From assembly GCA_020852375.1 (NCBI GenBank), contig JADZAY010000019.1, positions 15,319-79,318 on the forward strand: a stretch of DNA of 64,000 nt, given 5' to 3'. Positions within the stretch are counted from its first letter, which is position 1, and the number at the start of each line of letters is the position of its first letter. The DNA comes from Candidatus Yanofskybacteria bacterium (GTDB taxonomy: Bacteria; Patescibacteriota; Minisyncoccia; 2-02-FULL-40-12; GWA2-44-9). The position numbers and the translations under genes were made by a program. Positions 37,384 to 47,290 of the stretch are shown here, in pieces. Below the pieces are notes generated by a model. That model had not been told where the DNA came from, did no database searches, and saw nothing but the letters and a program-made list of their open reading frames with translations.

Positions 37384-38124
37384 ATGGGATTCAAGCGCAG
37401 CAACTATGACCCGGCGGCGGAGCGACCGTTCCGGGTGAGTCGCTCGAAGATCGACCTCTACGTGCAGTGTCCGCGGTGTTTTTATCTGGATCGGCGGTGC
37501 GGTGTCTCTCGGCCGTCGATGCCCGCGTTCACACTCAACAATGCTGTCGACGCGCTCCTGAAGCGCGAGTTCGATATCCATCGCGCTGCCGGTACTCCGC
37601 ATCCGCTGATGAAGGCCTACGGGATCGACGCGGTGCCACTCGCTCACGAACGGATGGATGAGTGGCGCGATTCATTGCGTCGGGGAGTGCAATACATCGA
37701 CCCCGCAACGAACTTCCAGGTGACGGGCGGCGTCGATGATATTTGGGTGAACCCCGCAGGGGAACTGATCGTCGTGGACTACAAGGCGACATCATCGCCA
37801 CATGAGGTGACGCTGGATGGCGTCTGGAAGGAAGCCTACAAACGGCAGATGGAGGTATATCAGTGGCTTCTTCGGCGGAACGAATTTACCGTCTCGTCGA
37901 CGGGCTACTTTGTGTACTGCAACGGGGATGCCGATCGCGAAGCATTTGATGCGCGTTTGGAGTTTGATGTTCGCATCCTTCCGTATACCGGAGACGACGC
38001 ATGGGTTCCGGGTGTGCTCCGGGAGATGAAGGTGTGTCTTGATGCCGATACGCCGCCGCTTGCTGCCGATGGATGCGAGCACTGCGCGTATCGAGCCGCT
38101 GTCCGTCAGGCGATTGGCGAGTGA
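37384..38124 (+). CDS. PD-(D/E)XK nuclease family protein (AddB/Cas4-like, putative Fe-S)
   Basis: SRSKIDLY.QCPRCFY, GGVDD, VVDYKAT, QMEVY and C-terminal CEHC. Confidence 0.88.
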   Translation: MGFKRSNYDPAAERPFRVSRSKIDLYVQCPRCFYLDRRCGVSRPSMPAFTLNNAVDALLKREFDIHRAAGTPHPLMKAYGIDAVPLAHERMDEWRDSLRRGVQYIDPATNFQVTGGVDDIWVNPAGELIVVDYKATSSPHEVTLDGVWKEAYKRQMEVYQWLLRRNEFTVSSTGYFVYCNGDADREAFDARLEFDVRILPYTGDDAWVPGVLREMKVCLDADTPPLAADGCEHCAYRAAVRQAIGE

Positions 38125-39095
38125 TCAGGCGCCTGTTTTGCCGTAATGCACGCTCGGAGTACCGCTTCGAGCCGTGCCATCGATTCGATGTCGTGAATAC
38201 TGAGCGGGAGCGCATCGACGCCAGCCTCGCGAAAGCGTTCGCAGAGCCGCTCTACCGTTGCGGGGTCGACGAGGTCCGTTTTCGTGAGCAGGACCCGCTC
38301 GTCTTTTTGGAGCATGACCGGACTGTACGCGCCGAGCTCCCCGCGAATGACCGACCAGTCGCGCACGGGATCGTCGGACTCACAGGAAACAAGATGGAAC
38401 AAGGTTCGGGTCCGTTCAACGTGGCGAAGGAATTTGATACCCAGCCCTTTTCCGGATGCCGCGCCCTCGATGAGTCCAGGGATGTCGGCAATGATGAGCT
38501 CGTAGTATACTCCGAGCGACGGTTCGAGAGTCGTGAACGGATAATTTGCCACCTTTTGCTGAGCGCGTGTGAGCTCGTTGAGGAGACTCGATTTTCCGGC
38601 GTTCGGCATGCCAATGAGGCCGATGTCGGCGATGAGCTTGAGCTCGAGGCGAATACTGAACGATTGGCCGGGCGTTCCGGGCTCGAAGCGTTTGGGCGAT
38701 GTATTGAGGGACGAGCGGAAATGGAAGTTGCCGCGGCCGCCTTTGCCGCCGCGCGCCAGCAGGATGCACTCTCCGATCGCGGTGATCTCAACATCTTCAC
38801 CAGTGTCGAGGTTGTGCACGACGGTGCCGACTGGTACCGGGAAGACGAGATCGGCGCCATCCTTCCCATCGCGGAACTGCATACCGCCCTGCTCGCCCGG
38901 TTCCGCGGTTGCCGCTTTGGTGTTCCTCCAACGTGAAAGCGCGCCGATGTCGGCGACTCCCTCGCAATACACGCTGCCGCCGTGGCCTCCGGATGCGCCA
39001 GTCGGCCCCAGTTCCATGAGGTTTTTATTGAAGGCTACGGCCCCGTCTCCACCATTTCCGGCCGCAACTGTGATCGTTACATCGTCGATGAGCAT
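38106..39095 (-). CDS. obgE: GTPase ObgE/CgtA
   Basis: Gly-rich Obg fold; LELKLIADIGLIGMPNAGKSS, YPFTT, DIPGLIEGA and TKTD motifs. Confidence 0.92.
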   Translation of the reverse strand: MLIDDVTITVAAGNGGDGAVAFNKNLMELGPTGASGGHGGSVYCEGVADIGALSRWRNTKAATAEPGEQGGMQFRDGKDGADLVFPVPVGTVVHNLDTGEDVEITAIGECILLARGGKGGRGNFHFRSSLNTSPKRFEPGTPGQSFSIRLELKLIADIGLIGMPNAGKSSLLNELTRAQQKVANYPFTTLEPSLGVYYELIIADIPGLIEGAASGKGLGIKFLRHVERTRTLFHLVSCESDDPVRDWSVIRGELGAYSPVMLQKDERVLLTKTDLVDPATVERLCERFREAGVDALPLSIHDIESMARLEAVLRACITAKQAPDHSPIA

Positions 39096-39172
39096 TGCGC
39101 ATGTACCATACCACAGCTGTCGACTTCGGCGAAGTGGTGGTAGAATGAGGGTGTATTCATTGAACTACACGT

Positions 39173-40321
39173 ATGAAGCGATCACTCGGTTTGCTCGCGG
39201 TCGCTGTGCTTGCGGCGTTTCCGCTGAGCACATCGGCTGCAACGCTGGTTTCGGGCCAGCAGTACGCGCTTCCTGCACAGCAGCGCGTATCGGGTAGTTT
39301 GTATATCGCCGCAGGGACTGCAACGGTCGGCGGTACGGTCGATGGCGACGTGCTCTCGGTCGGCGGTACGGTGTCCGTGACCGGTGCGGTCCTCGGCGAT
39401 GTTGCTGCGATCGGGGGCAACGTACAGATTCTCGGTCCGGTGTCGGGTGATGCTCGAATCGCCGGCGGATCGATCGTACTGAATGACCGTATTGCCGGAG
39501 ATCTTGTTGTTGCCGGTGGAAGTATCCACCTCCTTCCCAGTGCGCGCGTGGGCGGCGATCTGGTCATTGCCGGAGGCCAGGTGGTGATCGACGGTGCGGT
39601 TGATGGGAATGTCCGCATGATCGGCGGTGTTCTTGTGGTGAACGGGACGATCAATGGAGATGTCTCCGTCCGTGCGGACGAGAGCGTAACGCTCGGATCG
39701 TCAGCAGTGATCGGTGGGGATCTGACTTACCGTTCCCGGCAAGAGCTTCAACGCGCAGATGGTGCGCGTATCTCGGGATCCGTCGCGTATACGCCAGCTC
39801 CGAAGGGTGTTCGGTTCGACGACCGAACCCCGAAGCGTATCGGTTGGGCGATCGTGGGAGTGCTCTCGGCGATGAAACTGTTCGCGACGCTTGGTCTCGC
39901 CGCATTCCTGATGTGGAGATGGCGGCGCCAGATGCTCGCATTGTTTGCACAGACGCACGAGGCGTTCACTCGCTCGCTTGGGCGTGGGATCATTTATGGC
40001 GTCATGGTACCGATCGTTGCCGTGCTGTTGCTCGTCAGCTTTATCGGCGTGTTGCCGGGCGTGCTCCTCATCATGGCATACGCGAGCATGCTGATCCTGG
40101 CGAAGGCGCTTGCCGGAATGTTCTTTGGATCGTGGATCGTCATGCACTTCCAGAAGAAGACCACGCTCCAGCTGACATGGGTGTCGGCACTCGGCGGCGT
40201 TATTCTGTTCGGGCTCGTGGGAGTCATTCCGGTCATCGGGTGGCTTGTCGGTGCAGTGCTCTATCTGGCGGTGCTCGGGATGCTTGCCCACGAGGTTTTC
40301 CAGTGGGCGACGGGAAACTAG
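39173..40321 (+). CDS. secreted beta-helix (bactofilin-like repeat) protein with C-terminal TM bundle
   Basis: Signal peptide; repeated G.V.GD…AGG.V units; about 4-5 TMs. Confidence 0.8.
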   Translation: MKRSLGLLAVAVLAAFPLSTSAATLVSGQQYALPAQQRVSGSLYIAAGTATVGGTVDGDVLSVGGTVSVTGAVLGDVAAIGGNVQILGPVSGDARIAGGSIVLNDRIAGDLVVAGGSIHLLPSARVGGDLVIAGGQVVIDGAVDGNVRMIGGVLVVNGTINGDVSVRADESVTLGSSAVIGGDLTYRSRQELQRADGARISGSVAYTPAPKGVRFDDRTPKRIGWAIVGVLSAMKLFATLGLAAFLMWRWRRQMLALFAQTHEAFTRSLGRGIIYGVMVPIVAVLLLVSFIGVLPGVLLIMAYASMLILAKALAGMFFGSWIVMHFQKKTTLQLTWVSALGGVILFGLVGVIPVIGWLVGAVLYLAVLGMLAHEVFQWATGN

Positions 40322-40335
40322 TTGCGTGTTCCAGT

Positions 40336-40367
40336 ATGATAAACCCCGCATTCGCGGGGTTTATCAT
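40336..40367. terminator. bidirectional terminator
   Basis: ATGATAAACCCCGC-attc-GCGGGGTTTATCAT between convergent genes. Confidence 0.8.
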
Positions 40368-40371
40368 ACTC

Positions 40372-42531
40372 CTACGGGCGCACCTCTTTATAGGATGGTA
40401 TGCCTTTGTTTACCTGGAATCCCTGTGAAGCGGCGCATGAATCGCCAGGGTTCATACCGCTTGTGGACACGCGAAGCGTCGCGGTGATCCCCGCAGGATC
40501 CGCATAGAGGTGGGCGATGATCCCGGTTCCCGGACTTTCCGAAGTGATCGTCCCATCGCCGAAATTCCACTCACGGGTGGTCGGAGTGAAGGCGCCGTAA
40601 TCGGTCGTGTCGGTGAACAGCGCGTCTTGGTCTGCGAATGGCGGTGTCGGATCTACTGTGAAGGTGATGGACGGGTATGGCCCTGGAGGGGTTGTGGCGG
40701 TCGCTGAGGATCCTGACCATGCACTGGGTGTGTCGGTGGCATCCCACACCATGACGCGCGCTCGGAACGTTGCGTTGTAGCTTAGTGGGTCGGTGGGGTG
40801 CGTCGTTCCGGTTGATGATATCTTCAGCGAATCATAGATCGGCGTGGCGAAGTTGAACGCGGGACCTGCTGCGATCTGCACGCGGTAGGCACTCTGTGCG
40901 CCAGCTCCTGGTGTGTATGTCCACGATACAGCCTGGCGTGGTGCTGTCCCTCCGCAGTAGTTCGGGGCGGTCATTTGTACCCCGGCCGCGACTGGCGGGG
41001 GGACCCCCGCGACCGTCACGGTCGACCGAGCTTCGGCGGACGGTGCGGTGCTTCGCTCGACGATGACTTTGGGCGTATAGGTCCCCGCGGCATAGGCATG
41101 CTGTGTGGTTGAGCGGGGAACCGTATTCACAGCATCGCACTTGTACCCGTTCGCATTTCCAGCGCAGGCTCCCGGGGTTGGCGCTGGGAGAGCTCCGCAG
41201 GCTGCTGATGCTACAGCAATGCTTGTGGTTGTGTTGGCGCAGTTCCACCAGAAGCTGTAGTTGATGGTTCCGGTGGCGGTTCCGCCGGGCGTTGCCTGCA
41301 GGGTTGAGTTCACCGGTGCGGTGCCCGTGTTTGGTGTTGCGGTGAGGGATACGGAGAGCGTCGGAGCGGGGGCGACCGTGATGGTCGCGGATCCGCATGC
41401 AGATCCGAACCATCCAACATTTTGCTCGAGCAATCGATATTGACCCGCGTATGAACCGGGAGCCGCGGGAGCGGTGATCGAAAGCGGTATGGTCATTGAT
41501 TGGCCGGGTGCCACGGATGCCATTGATAGGTCGCTTGTTTGTGGGAGGAGTGACGGCGCTGTAGGGGGCCACGGCCACAAGGAGACGTCGTAGTTTGCTG
41601 GCGTTAGCTGGGTCCAGGTGCTGGTGCCGGTGTTCTGGAATGTGACCGATGCCGGGACGGTTTGCCCTACGGTCATGGTCGTCGGGATCGTATGCCCGGT
41701 GCATAGCGCATCGTTCGTTCCGGTTGGTGGCGGGCTGTTTGGTATGGGGGCGCAGTCGAGTGAAAGATAGATCGGCTCGGTCCATCGTGTCCACGGTCGG
41801 AAATCGGTGCTTCCTACACAGTCATAGCCCGGGTTCGGGTTTGGGCCGCCCCAACCGGAGTGTATCGAATATTCGCCGGCACCGGCACAGACGCCGTTCT
41901 GGCAGAGGGCATTCATCTGGGTAGGGGTCGCGTCTCCTGTGCCCTGTCTCCCATTGCAGGTATATGGTCCGGGAGGGCAATAGAGTCCCCACTTGAGCGA
42001 TTGTACGGGGGATGTCTCGATGGTGATATCGGAATACGAGATATTATTGCACTGGCCAGCATTTCCTTCGGTGGTATCGTCGGGGGAGCTGCATCCACAG
42101 TCATTAGGGTAGTCGGTGTACCCATCATTGTCGTCGTCCTGTCCGTTCGAGCAAACTGCATTGCCCGGTGGAGGTGTGCCGTTAATTCGAAAGGTGATAC
42201 GATTGCTGCCCGTTGGTCGGATGCATGAACGAAGCTCGTCCTCTCCGTACAGCGAGAGATCGAACACTGTTCCGGGCCCGCCCGTGTAGGTCGTGTATAC
42301 CGTTCGGGAGACAGTGCCGTCTCCACCAGCGATTTCGCCGTCACCATTTCCGAAGTCAACTTCGCCATATACCGCTCCGGAGCCTATGACCTGCCACACG
42401 ATCTTCGCTTGTGTTCCGGAGGGTCCGGAGGTTGGGGTCACACTTAAGGAGCATGCGATGGCGTGTGCGGCGCGGGCGCCGACGAATTGCGCGGCGAGTA
42501 CGATGAAGGTGATGAGGAGGAAGCGTTTCAT
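40372..42531 (-). CDS. secreted multi-domain surface protein (PKD, Ca-binding CxNGxDDDxDG repeat, NBR1-like Ig, FN3-like)
   Basis: Signal peptide; DFGNGD; CSNGQDDDNDGYTDYPND.GC; VTFQNTGTSTW…APAAPGSY; WNFGDG; ends YKEVRP. Confidence 0.85.
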   Translation of the reverse strand: MKRFLLITFIVLAAQFVGARAAHAIACSLSVTPTSGPSGTQAKIVWQVIGSGAVYGEVDFGNGDGEIAGGDGTVSRTVYTTYTGGPGTVFDLSLYGEDELRSCIRPTGSNRITFRINGTPPPGNAVCSNGQDDDNDGYTDYPNDCGCSSPDDTTEGNAGQCNNISYSDITIETSPVQSLKWGLYCPPGPYTCNGRQGTGDATPTQMNALCQNGVCAGAGEYSIHSGWGGPNPNPGYDCVGSTDFRPWTRWTEPIYLSLDCAPIPNSPPPTGTNDALCTGHTIPTTMTVGQTVPASVTFQNTGTSTWTQLTPANYDVSLWPWPPTAPSLLPQTSDLSMASVAPGQSMTIPLSITAPAAPGSYAGQYRLLEQNVGWFGSACGSATITVAPAPTLSVSLTATPNTGTAPVNSTLQATPGGTATGTINYSFWWNCANTTTSIAVASAACGALPAPTPGACAGNANGYKCDAVNTVPRSTTQHAYAAGTYTPKVIVERSTAPSAEARSTVTVAGVPPPVAAGVQMTAPNYCGGTAPRQAVSWTYTPGAGAQSAYRVQIAAGPAFNFATPIYDSLKISSTGTTHPTDPLSYNATFRARVMVWDATDTPSAWSGSSATATTPPGPYPSITFTVDPTPPFADQDALFTDTTDYGAFTPTTREWNFGDGTITSESPGTGIIAHLYADPAGITATLRVSTSGMNPGDSCAASQGFQVNKGIPSYKEVRP

Positions 42532-42537
42532 AGGGTG

Positions 42538-43002
42538 CTATTCCTTACTGCTTCGGGTGATCGCAAGGATACTCTCGCCGTTCGAGCGGGGAGCAATGTC
42601 GACCGTCATACGAAAAGTGTCTTTCTGTACGGTCAGCCGGAGGGGATTCTTGGTGACGGTATATTCCCACCCGATCACATCGAAATATTCCCCGTATTCT
42701 CGCTGAATGTCAGAAGGGGAGTTTTCGACGGTGAATACAACACGCTCGACATTCGGCGCATGGGGCGCCGCTGTTTCCAGGACGATCGGATGAACACCGA
42801 AGATAAAGCCCTTCATGCGCGGGCTGGAAATGCGCGCGAGCGATTCAGTTGAGAGCTTCGGGAGATCCTTGGAGATCGAACCGTCCGCTTCAATGGTGTA
42901 CCGGGGAAACCCGGATCCGCGATACGAGCGCCACACAAGAGCCGCAGCGCCGATCAGCACAAGAACAAGCACACCAATGCCGACGCGATGCCATGGCTTC
43001 AT
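42538..43002 (-). CDS. membrane-anchored hypothetical protein
   Basis: N-terminal TM; co-oriented 6 nt upstream of the PKD gene. Confidence 0.7.
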   Translation of the reverse strand: MKPWHRVGIGVLVLVLIGAAALVWRSYRGSGFPRYTIEADGSISKDLPKLSTESLARISSPRMKGFIFGVHPIVLETAAPHAPNVERVVFTVENSPSDIQREYGEYFDVIGWEYTVTKNPLRLTVQKDTFRMTVDIAPRSNGESILAITRSSKE

Positions 43003-43077
43003 ACTTCACAGTATATCGCACATGCTGCAGTGCTTGTAGCGTTGCTGTGGGGAAATGGTCTTGCTATACTAGGGTAA

Positions 43078-43215
43078 ATGGCTACTGTATCAAACACGCG
43101 ACGCGATGTGCGTCCGGCTCGGCGTCCTCCGACACCGAAGCGGAAGCCGGCTCGGCTCGGCTCCAAAGTCTCGGTGTTCCGTGGTCATAATGTGCGAAAG
43201 CCGCGTTCGCGGTAA
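43078..43215 (+). CDS. small basic Arg/Pro-rich protein (45 aa), not in ORF track
   Basis: MATVSNTRRDVRPARRPPTPKRKPARLGSKVSVFRGHNVRKPRSR*. TGCTATACT lies 7 nt before the ATG. Confidence 0.6.
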   Translation: MATVSNTRRDVRPARRPPTPKRKPARLGSKVSVFRGHNVRKPRSR

Positions 43216-43245
43216 GCACCGTATTATCTTTTCACTCCATTCTCT

Positions 43246-43797
43246 ATGTTGCATGGAATTGTAGGGAAGTGCTATCGGTGGTGTCACAATAAATCACTCG
43301 GATTGCTTGTATTGCGGCTTGCGCTTGGCGCGTTCTTCATCGGTCATGCTGTCGCGAAGTTCCAGAATCTGCCGGCGACGGTCGAAATGTTCCAAGGATG
43401 GGGGTTCGGCGCCTTCTGGGCGTACCTTGCAACAGGAAGCGAGCTGCTCGCTGGGCTTCTTCTCGTGCTCGGGGCGTTTTTGTGGATCGCCGCGGCGCTG
43501 GTCGTTGTCGTGATGGCGGTCGCCGTCTATGCGGTAACCGGACCGAACCCGATGGGACAGCCGCCGTTGTTGCACTATATCTTCGGATGGGGCCAGAACG
43601 CCGTATTCGCCGCAGCTGCTCTGGCGCTCGCGTTTACAGGTGCAGGCCGCTGGTCACTTGCCGCGTGGTGGATGCGTCGTCGCTCCGGAAGTGTGGAGTG
43701 TCGGGAGTGTAAGTCGGATCACGGCATGGGGTGCAACTGTGGTTCGTGCTCCGAGCATCACGGCATGAGCTCGAGGTCGGAGATGAGTGCTCAGTAG
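43246..43797 (+). CDS. DoxX family protein with Cys/His-rich tail
   Basis: LRLALGAFFIGH..K…E…G…GAGRWSL; tail CRECKSDHGMGCNCGSCSEHH. Confidence 0.85.
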   Translation: MLHGIVGKCYRWCHNKSLGLLVLRLALGAFFIGHAVAKFQNLPATVEMFQGWGFGAFWAYLATGSELLAGLLLVLGAFLWIAAALVVVVMAVAVYAVTGPNPMGQPPLLHYIFGWGQNAVFAAAALALAFTGAGRWSLAAWWMRRRSGSVECRECKSDHGMGCNCGSCSEHHGMSSRSEMSAQ

Positions 43798-43854
43798 CAG
43801 GGATCTCAGCGCAAGATCGACGGCCGATCCAGGAGGGGTCGGCCGTCCTCGGAT

Positions 43855-44484
43855 ATGATTGTTGTTGATGTTGAGACAACCGGAACAGACCCACTGCTGC
43901 ACGCCATCGTCTCTATCGGAGCCGTTGATTTCTGTCAGCCCGGGCGGCAATTCTATCGAGAGTGTCGCATCTTTGATGGGGCACAGGTGCAGGCCCAGGC
44001 ACTTGCGGTGAACGGGTTCACCGTTGAGCAGGTGACCGACTCCGCAAAACCAACACTGGAGGAGGCGATTGGGCAGTTCATTGCGTGGTGCCGGGAGGCG
44101 GAGAATCGTACGCTGGGAGGACACAATACCGCATTCGATCGTGGCTTCCTGCAGGCGAGCGCGGACCGCTATAACCTCGCGTGGCATTTTGGGAATCGAG
44201 TGCTCGACCTGCATTCGGTCGGGTGGACGCACATGATGACAGCGGGTATTGAGATTCCAAAAAAAGCGGGGCGGAGCGATCTTTCATGTGACGCGATCCT
44301 GCAGTATACCGGGCTTCCCGCTGAGCCGAAGCCGCACAACGGTCTTGTGGGGGCGAAAATGGAAGCGGAGGCATTCTCGCGCCTTGTGCGTGGGCGTCCC
44401 CTTTTCGAGGAGTTCGCGACCTATCCGATCCCGTTCCATCCGCATGCCTCGGGAGCCGAGCCCGCTCAGGGGGGATTATTCTAA
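43855..44484 (+). CDS. DEDDh 3'-5' exonuclease (DnaQ/RNase T-like)
   Basis: VDVETTG, GHNTAFD and HNGLVGA..E motifs. Confidence 0.88.
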   Translation: MIVVDVETTGTDPLLHAIVSIGAVDFCQPGRQFYRECRIFDGAQVQAQALAVNGFTVEQVTDSAKPTLEEAIGQFIAWCREAENRTLGGHNTAFDRGFLQASADRYNLAWHFGNRVLDLHSVGWTHMMTAGIEIPKKAGRSDLSCDAILQYTGLPAEPKPHNGLVGAKMEAEAFSRLVRGRPLFEEFATYPIPFHPHASGAEPAQGGLF

Positions 44485-44493
44485 GATATCGCC

Positions 44494-45261
44494 ATGGACT
44501 TTTTTCACGCACTTATTCTCGGTATCGTCGAAGGGATCACGGAGTTTCTTCCGATCTCGTCTACGGGACATCTGGTCATCGCCGGCCGGCTCCTCGGCCT
44601 GCAGAGCGGGGATTTTTTGAGGACATTCGATATCGCTATTCAGCTCGGTGCCATTCTTGCGGTACTTACCTTGTATGGCATGCCGCTCCTGCGAAGCCGC
44701 GGACTTCTCATGCGAGTGATCGTTGCGTTCATTCCGACGGGGATCGTTGGGCTCCTCTTTTACCCGCTCGTGAAGCGGCTCGTTGCCGATCCAATGGTCA
44801 GTGTGTGGGCGCTCGGTATCGGAGGCGCCCTTCTGATCGCGTTCGAGCGCTGGTATGACGAGCCTGCTGATGCGCAGGAGGACCTCTCCACGCTTTCGTA
44901 TCGGTCGGCACTCCTGATCGGATTGGCGCAGTCCGTCGCCATGATTCCCGGCGTCTCTCGTGCGGCGGCGACCATTTGCGCGGGTCTTGCCGCCGGTCTT
45001 TCCCGCCGTGCGATCATCGAATTTTCATTCTTACTTGCACTTCCGACGATGGCTGCCGCGACCGGTCTTGAGGTGGTCTCCTCTGCGAGCACCTTCACAA
45101 GGGATCAATTTGGCGCTCTTACGATTGGCTTCCTCGTTTCATGGTTCGTAGCGGTGCTTGCGATCCGCTGGTTGCTCACATTCGTTCGATCGCATGATTT
45201 CACCTGGTTTGGGGTGTATCGGATCATTGCCGCAGTGGTGTTCTGGCGCTTGCTCTCGTAG
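44494..45261 (+). CDS. uppP: undecaprenyl-diphosphate phosphatase
   Basis: EGITEFLPISSTGH, IQLGAILAV, PGVSRA and FSFLLA motifs. Confidence 0.95.
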   Translation: MDFFHALILGIVEGITEFLPISSTGHLVIAGRLLGLQSGDFLRTFDIAIQLGAILAVLTLYGMPLLRSRGLLMRVIVAFIPTGIVGLLFYPLVKRLVADPMVSVWALGIGGALLIAFERWYDEPADAQEDLSTLSYRSALLIGLAQSVAMIPGVSRAAATICAGLAAGLSRRAIIEFSFLLALPTMAAATGLEVVSSASTFTRDQFGALTIGFLVSWFVAVLAIRWLLTFVRSHDFTWFGVYRIIAAVVFWRLLS

Positions 45262-45280
45262 GGCGTGATACAATGCAGAC

Positions 45281-46930
45281 ATGGGTCTTGCCGATGATCT
45301 CCGGAGCATTCGGTGCGGTGATGTTGATGATGCCGATGCTACGCGTGATGCGGTCCAGTATGACGCGAGCATCTTTGCGGCGCGTCCCGAGGTTGTCGTC
45401 GCTCCGACGAGCAGCGACGAGATCGGTGCTCTTGTGCGGTATGCCGCCGCGCATAGCGGGGTATCGATCGTTGCCCGAGGTGCTGGGACCGATATGTCGG
45501 GCGGCGCGATCGGCGAGTCGGTCATTCTTGATATGACGCGTCACCTGAACCGGCTTCTCGATGTAAATCGCGACGAGGCGGTTCGGGGTCAGCAGGGAAG
45601 CGCGACGGTTCAGCCGGGAATGTACTATCGGGATTTCGAGCGGGCGACGCTTGCCCGCGGCCTTCAGTATCCGGTCTATCCCGCCTCTCGCGATCTTTGC
45701 ACGGTCGGCGGGATGGTCGCGAACAACTCTGCCGGTGAGCGTTCGCTTCGGTATGGGCAAGCCGTCGACTGGGTTCGAAGCTGCCGTGCGATCCTTGCTG
45801 ACGGGAACGAGTACCTCTTTGAGCCGCTCGATTTCGGCGGCGTGCAGCTGAAAATGAGCCGTATCGGATTCGAAGGCGATCTCTACCGAGCGCTCTGGAA
45901 GCTGGTGACCGAACAGCGAGAGTTCCTCGAACGGTATCAGCCGAAGGTGAGTAAGAACGCGTCGGGATATAACCTCTGGCGCGTGTGGGATGGGACGACC
46001 TTCGATCTCACCAAGCTCATGGTCGGATCACAGGGAACGCTTGGCGTTGTAACGCGGGTGACGCTCGGCCTGATTCGTCCTCCGCTGCATCGGCGCATGG
46101 TCGTGGTATTCCTGCGCGATCTTCCGTATGTGGCGAGCGTCGTGGATGACCTCCTGCAATTTCAGCCGGAGTCGTTGGAGTCGTTCGATGACAAGACACT
46201 CTCGTTCACGGTTCGTTTTTTGCCAGACTTCGTGCGCCTCATGGGAGCCTCGAACATCATTGCCCTTGGCTTACAGTTCCTCCCGGAGGCGTGGATGACG
46301 GTGACGGGCGGCCTTCCGAAGTTAGTACTGATGGCCGAGTTTTCCGGCGACGACGAGCAGGAAGTGACAAAGCGGGCGGAGGCTGCGCTCGGCGCGTTGA
46401 AGCGGCGGCATCTGAAGGCGCGGCTTACCGAAGGACCCGAAGAGAGTCACAAATATTGGACTATTCGGCGGCAGTCGTTCAACGTTCTCCGGCATCATAC
46501 GACCGGAAAGCGGACCGTGCCGTTCATTGACGACATCATCGTTCCCGTTGAGCGTATGTCGGAGTTCCTCCCGAAGCTCTACACGCTCTTAGAGCCCTAT
46601 CGGCTCACCCTAACGGTTGCCGGACATGCGGGGAACGGGAACTTCCACATTATTCCGCTCATGGATCTTGCCGATCCAAATACGAAAAAGACCATTGTCG
46701 AGTTGTCGGAGAAGGTGTACGACCTTGTGCTGGATCACGGCGGCTCGATCACCGCGGAGCACAATGACGGGCTTATCCGCGGTCCGTGGGTTCGGAAGCA
46801 GTTCGGACCCAAGATGTATGACCTTTTCCGTCAGGTGAAACAGCTCTTTGATCCGAAGGGGATCTTCAATCCCGGGAAAAAGATCGATGTCGACCGTGAG
46901 TGGGCGCTTGCACACATTCGCACCAACTAG
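45281..46930 (+). CDS. FAD-linked oxidoreductase (D-lactate dehydrogenase/GlcD type)
   Basis: RGAGT..SGG, TVGGMVANN, GSQGTLG, GHAGNGNFH, AEHNDG and FDPKGIFNPGK motifs. Confidence 0.9.
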   Translation: MGLADDLRSIRCGDVDDADATRDAVQYDASIFAARPEVVVAPTSSDEIGALVRYAAAHSGVSIVARGAGTDMSGGAIGESVILDMTRHLNRLLDVNRDEAVRGQQGSATVQPGMYYRDFERATLARGLQYPVYPASRDLCTVGGMVANNSAGERSLRYGQAVDWVRSCRAILADGNEYLFEPLDFGGVQLKMSRIGFEGDLYRALWKLVTEQREFLERYQPKVSKNASGYNLWRVWDGTTFDLTKLMVGSQGTLGVVTRVTLGLIRPPLHRRMVVVFLRDLPYVASVVDDLLQFQPESLESFDDKTLSFTVRFLPDFVRLMGASNIIALGLQFLPEAWMTVTGGLPKLVLMAEFSGDDEQEVTKRAEAALGALKRRHLKARLTEGPEESHKYWTIRRQSFNVLRHHTTGKRTVPFIDDIIVPVERMSEFLPKLYTLLEPYRLTLTVAGHAGNGNFHIIPLMDLADPNTKKTIVELSEKVYDLVLDHGGSITAEHNDGLIRGPWVRKQFGPKMYDLFRQVKQLFDPKGIFNPGKKIDVDREWALAHIRTN

Positions 46931-46975
46931 CAGTTCGCGCTTTCTGTTCGAACAAAAAGCCCCCGAAGGGGCTGT

Positions 46976-47290
46976 TCATTTGGGCGAGAGCGCTCTTACC
47001 AGAAGGAACGTTACAAAGAGAGGCGCGGAGATGAGCATCGCGGTCATTCCGACGAGCAAGATGGGGTCGCCTCCGATGAGTGCGCTTGCTGGAAGCCTTG
47101 AGATCCCGATGCCCAGGGACGCACCGGCGACTCCAGTGAGCCACACGAGTGGCAGTGTGCGGTTTTCCGACTGGCAGTCAGCAATGAGACCGAGAAGGAT
47201 CCCCGCCATGGCAGTGCCACCCAAGAAGAATAAGTAGCTGAGCGCTCCTGCGATCAGGAATCCGGCAGTCGCGGGCTTCGGTAGCTTCAC
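46976..47290 (-). CDS. small multi-pass membrane protein
   Basis: AAGGAGG SD and GTG start overlapping the upstream stop (GTGA); three hydrophobic segments. Confidence 0.6.
   Translation of the reverse strand: MKLPKPATAGFLIAGALSYLFFLGGTAMAGILLGLIADCQSENRTLPLVWLTGVAGASLGIGISRLPASALIGGDPILLVGMTAMLISAPLFVTFLLVRALSPK

Noticed and set aside
37384-38124. Cas4-like nuclease as a sign of a CRISPR system
   Set aside because: No repeat-spacer array or other cas genes were seen. It fits a stand-alone PD-(D/E)XK family protein.
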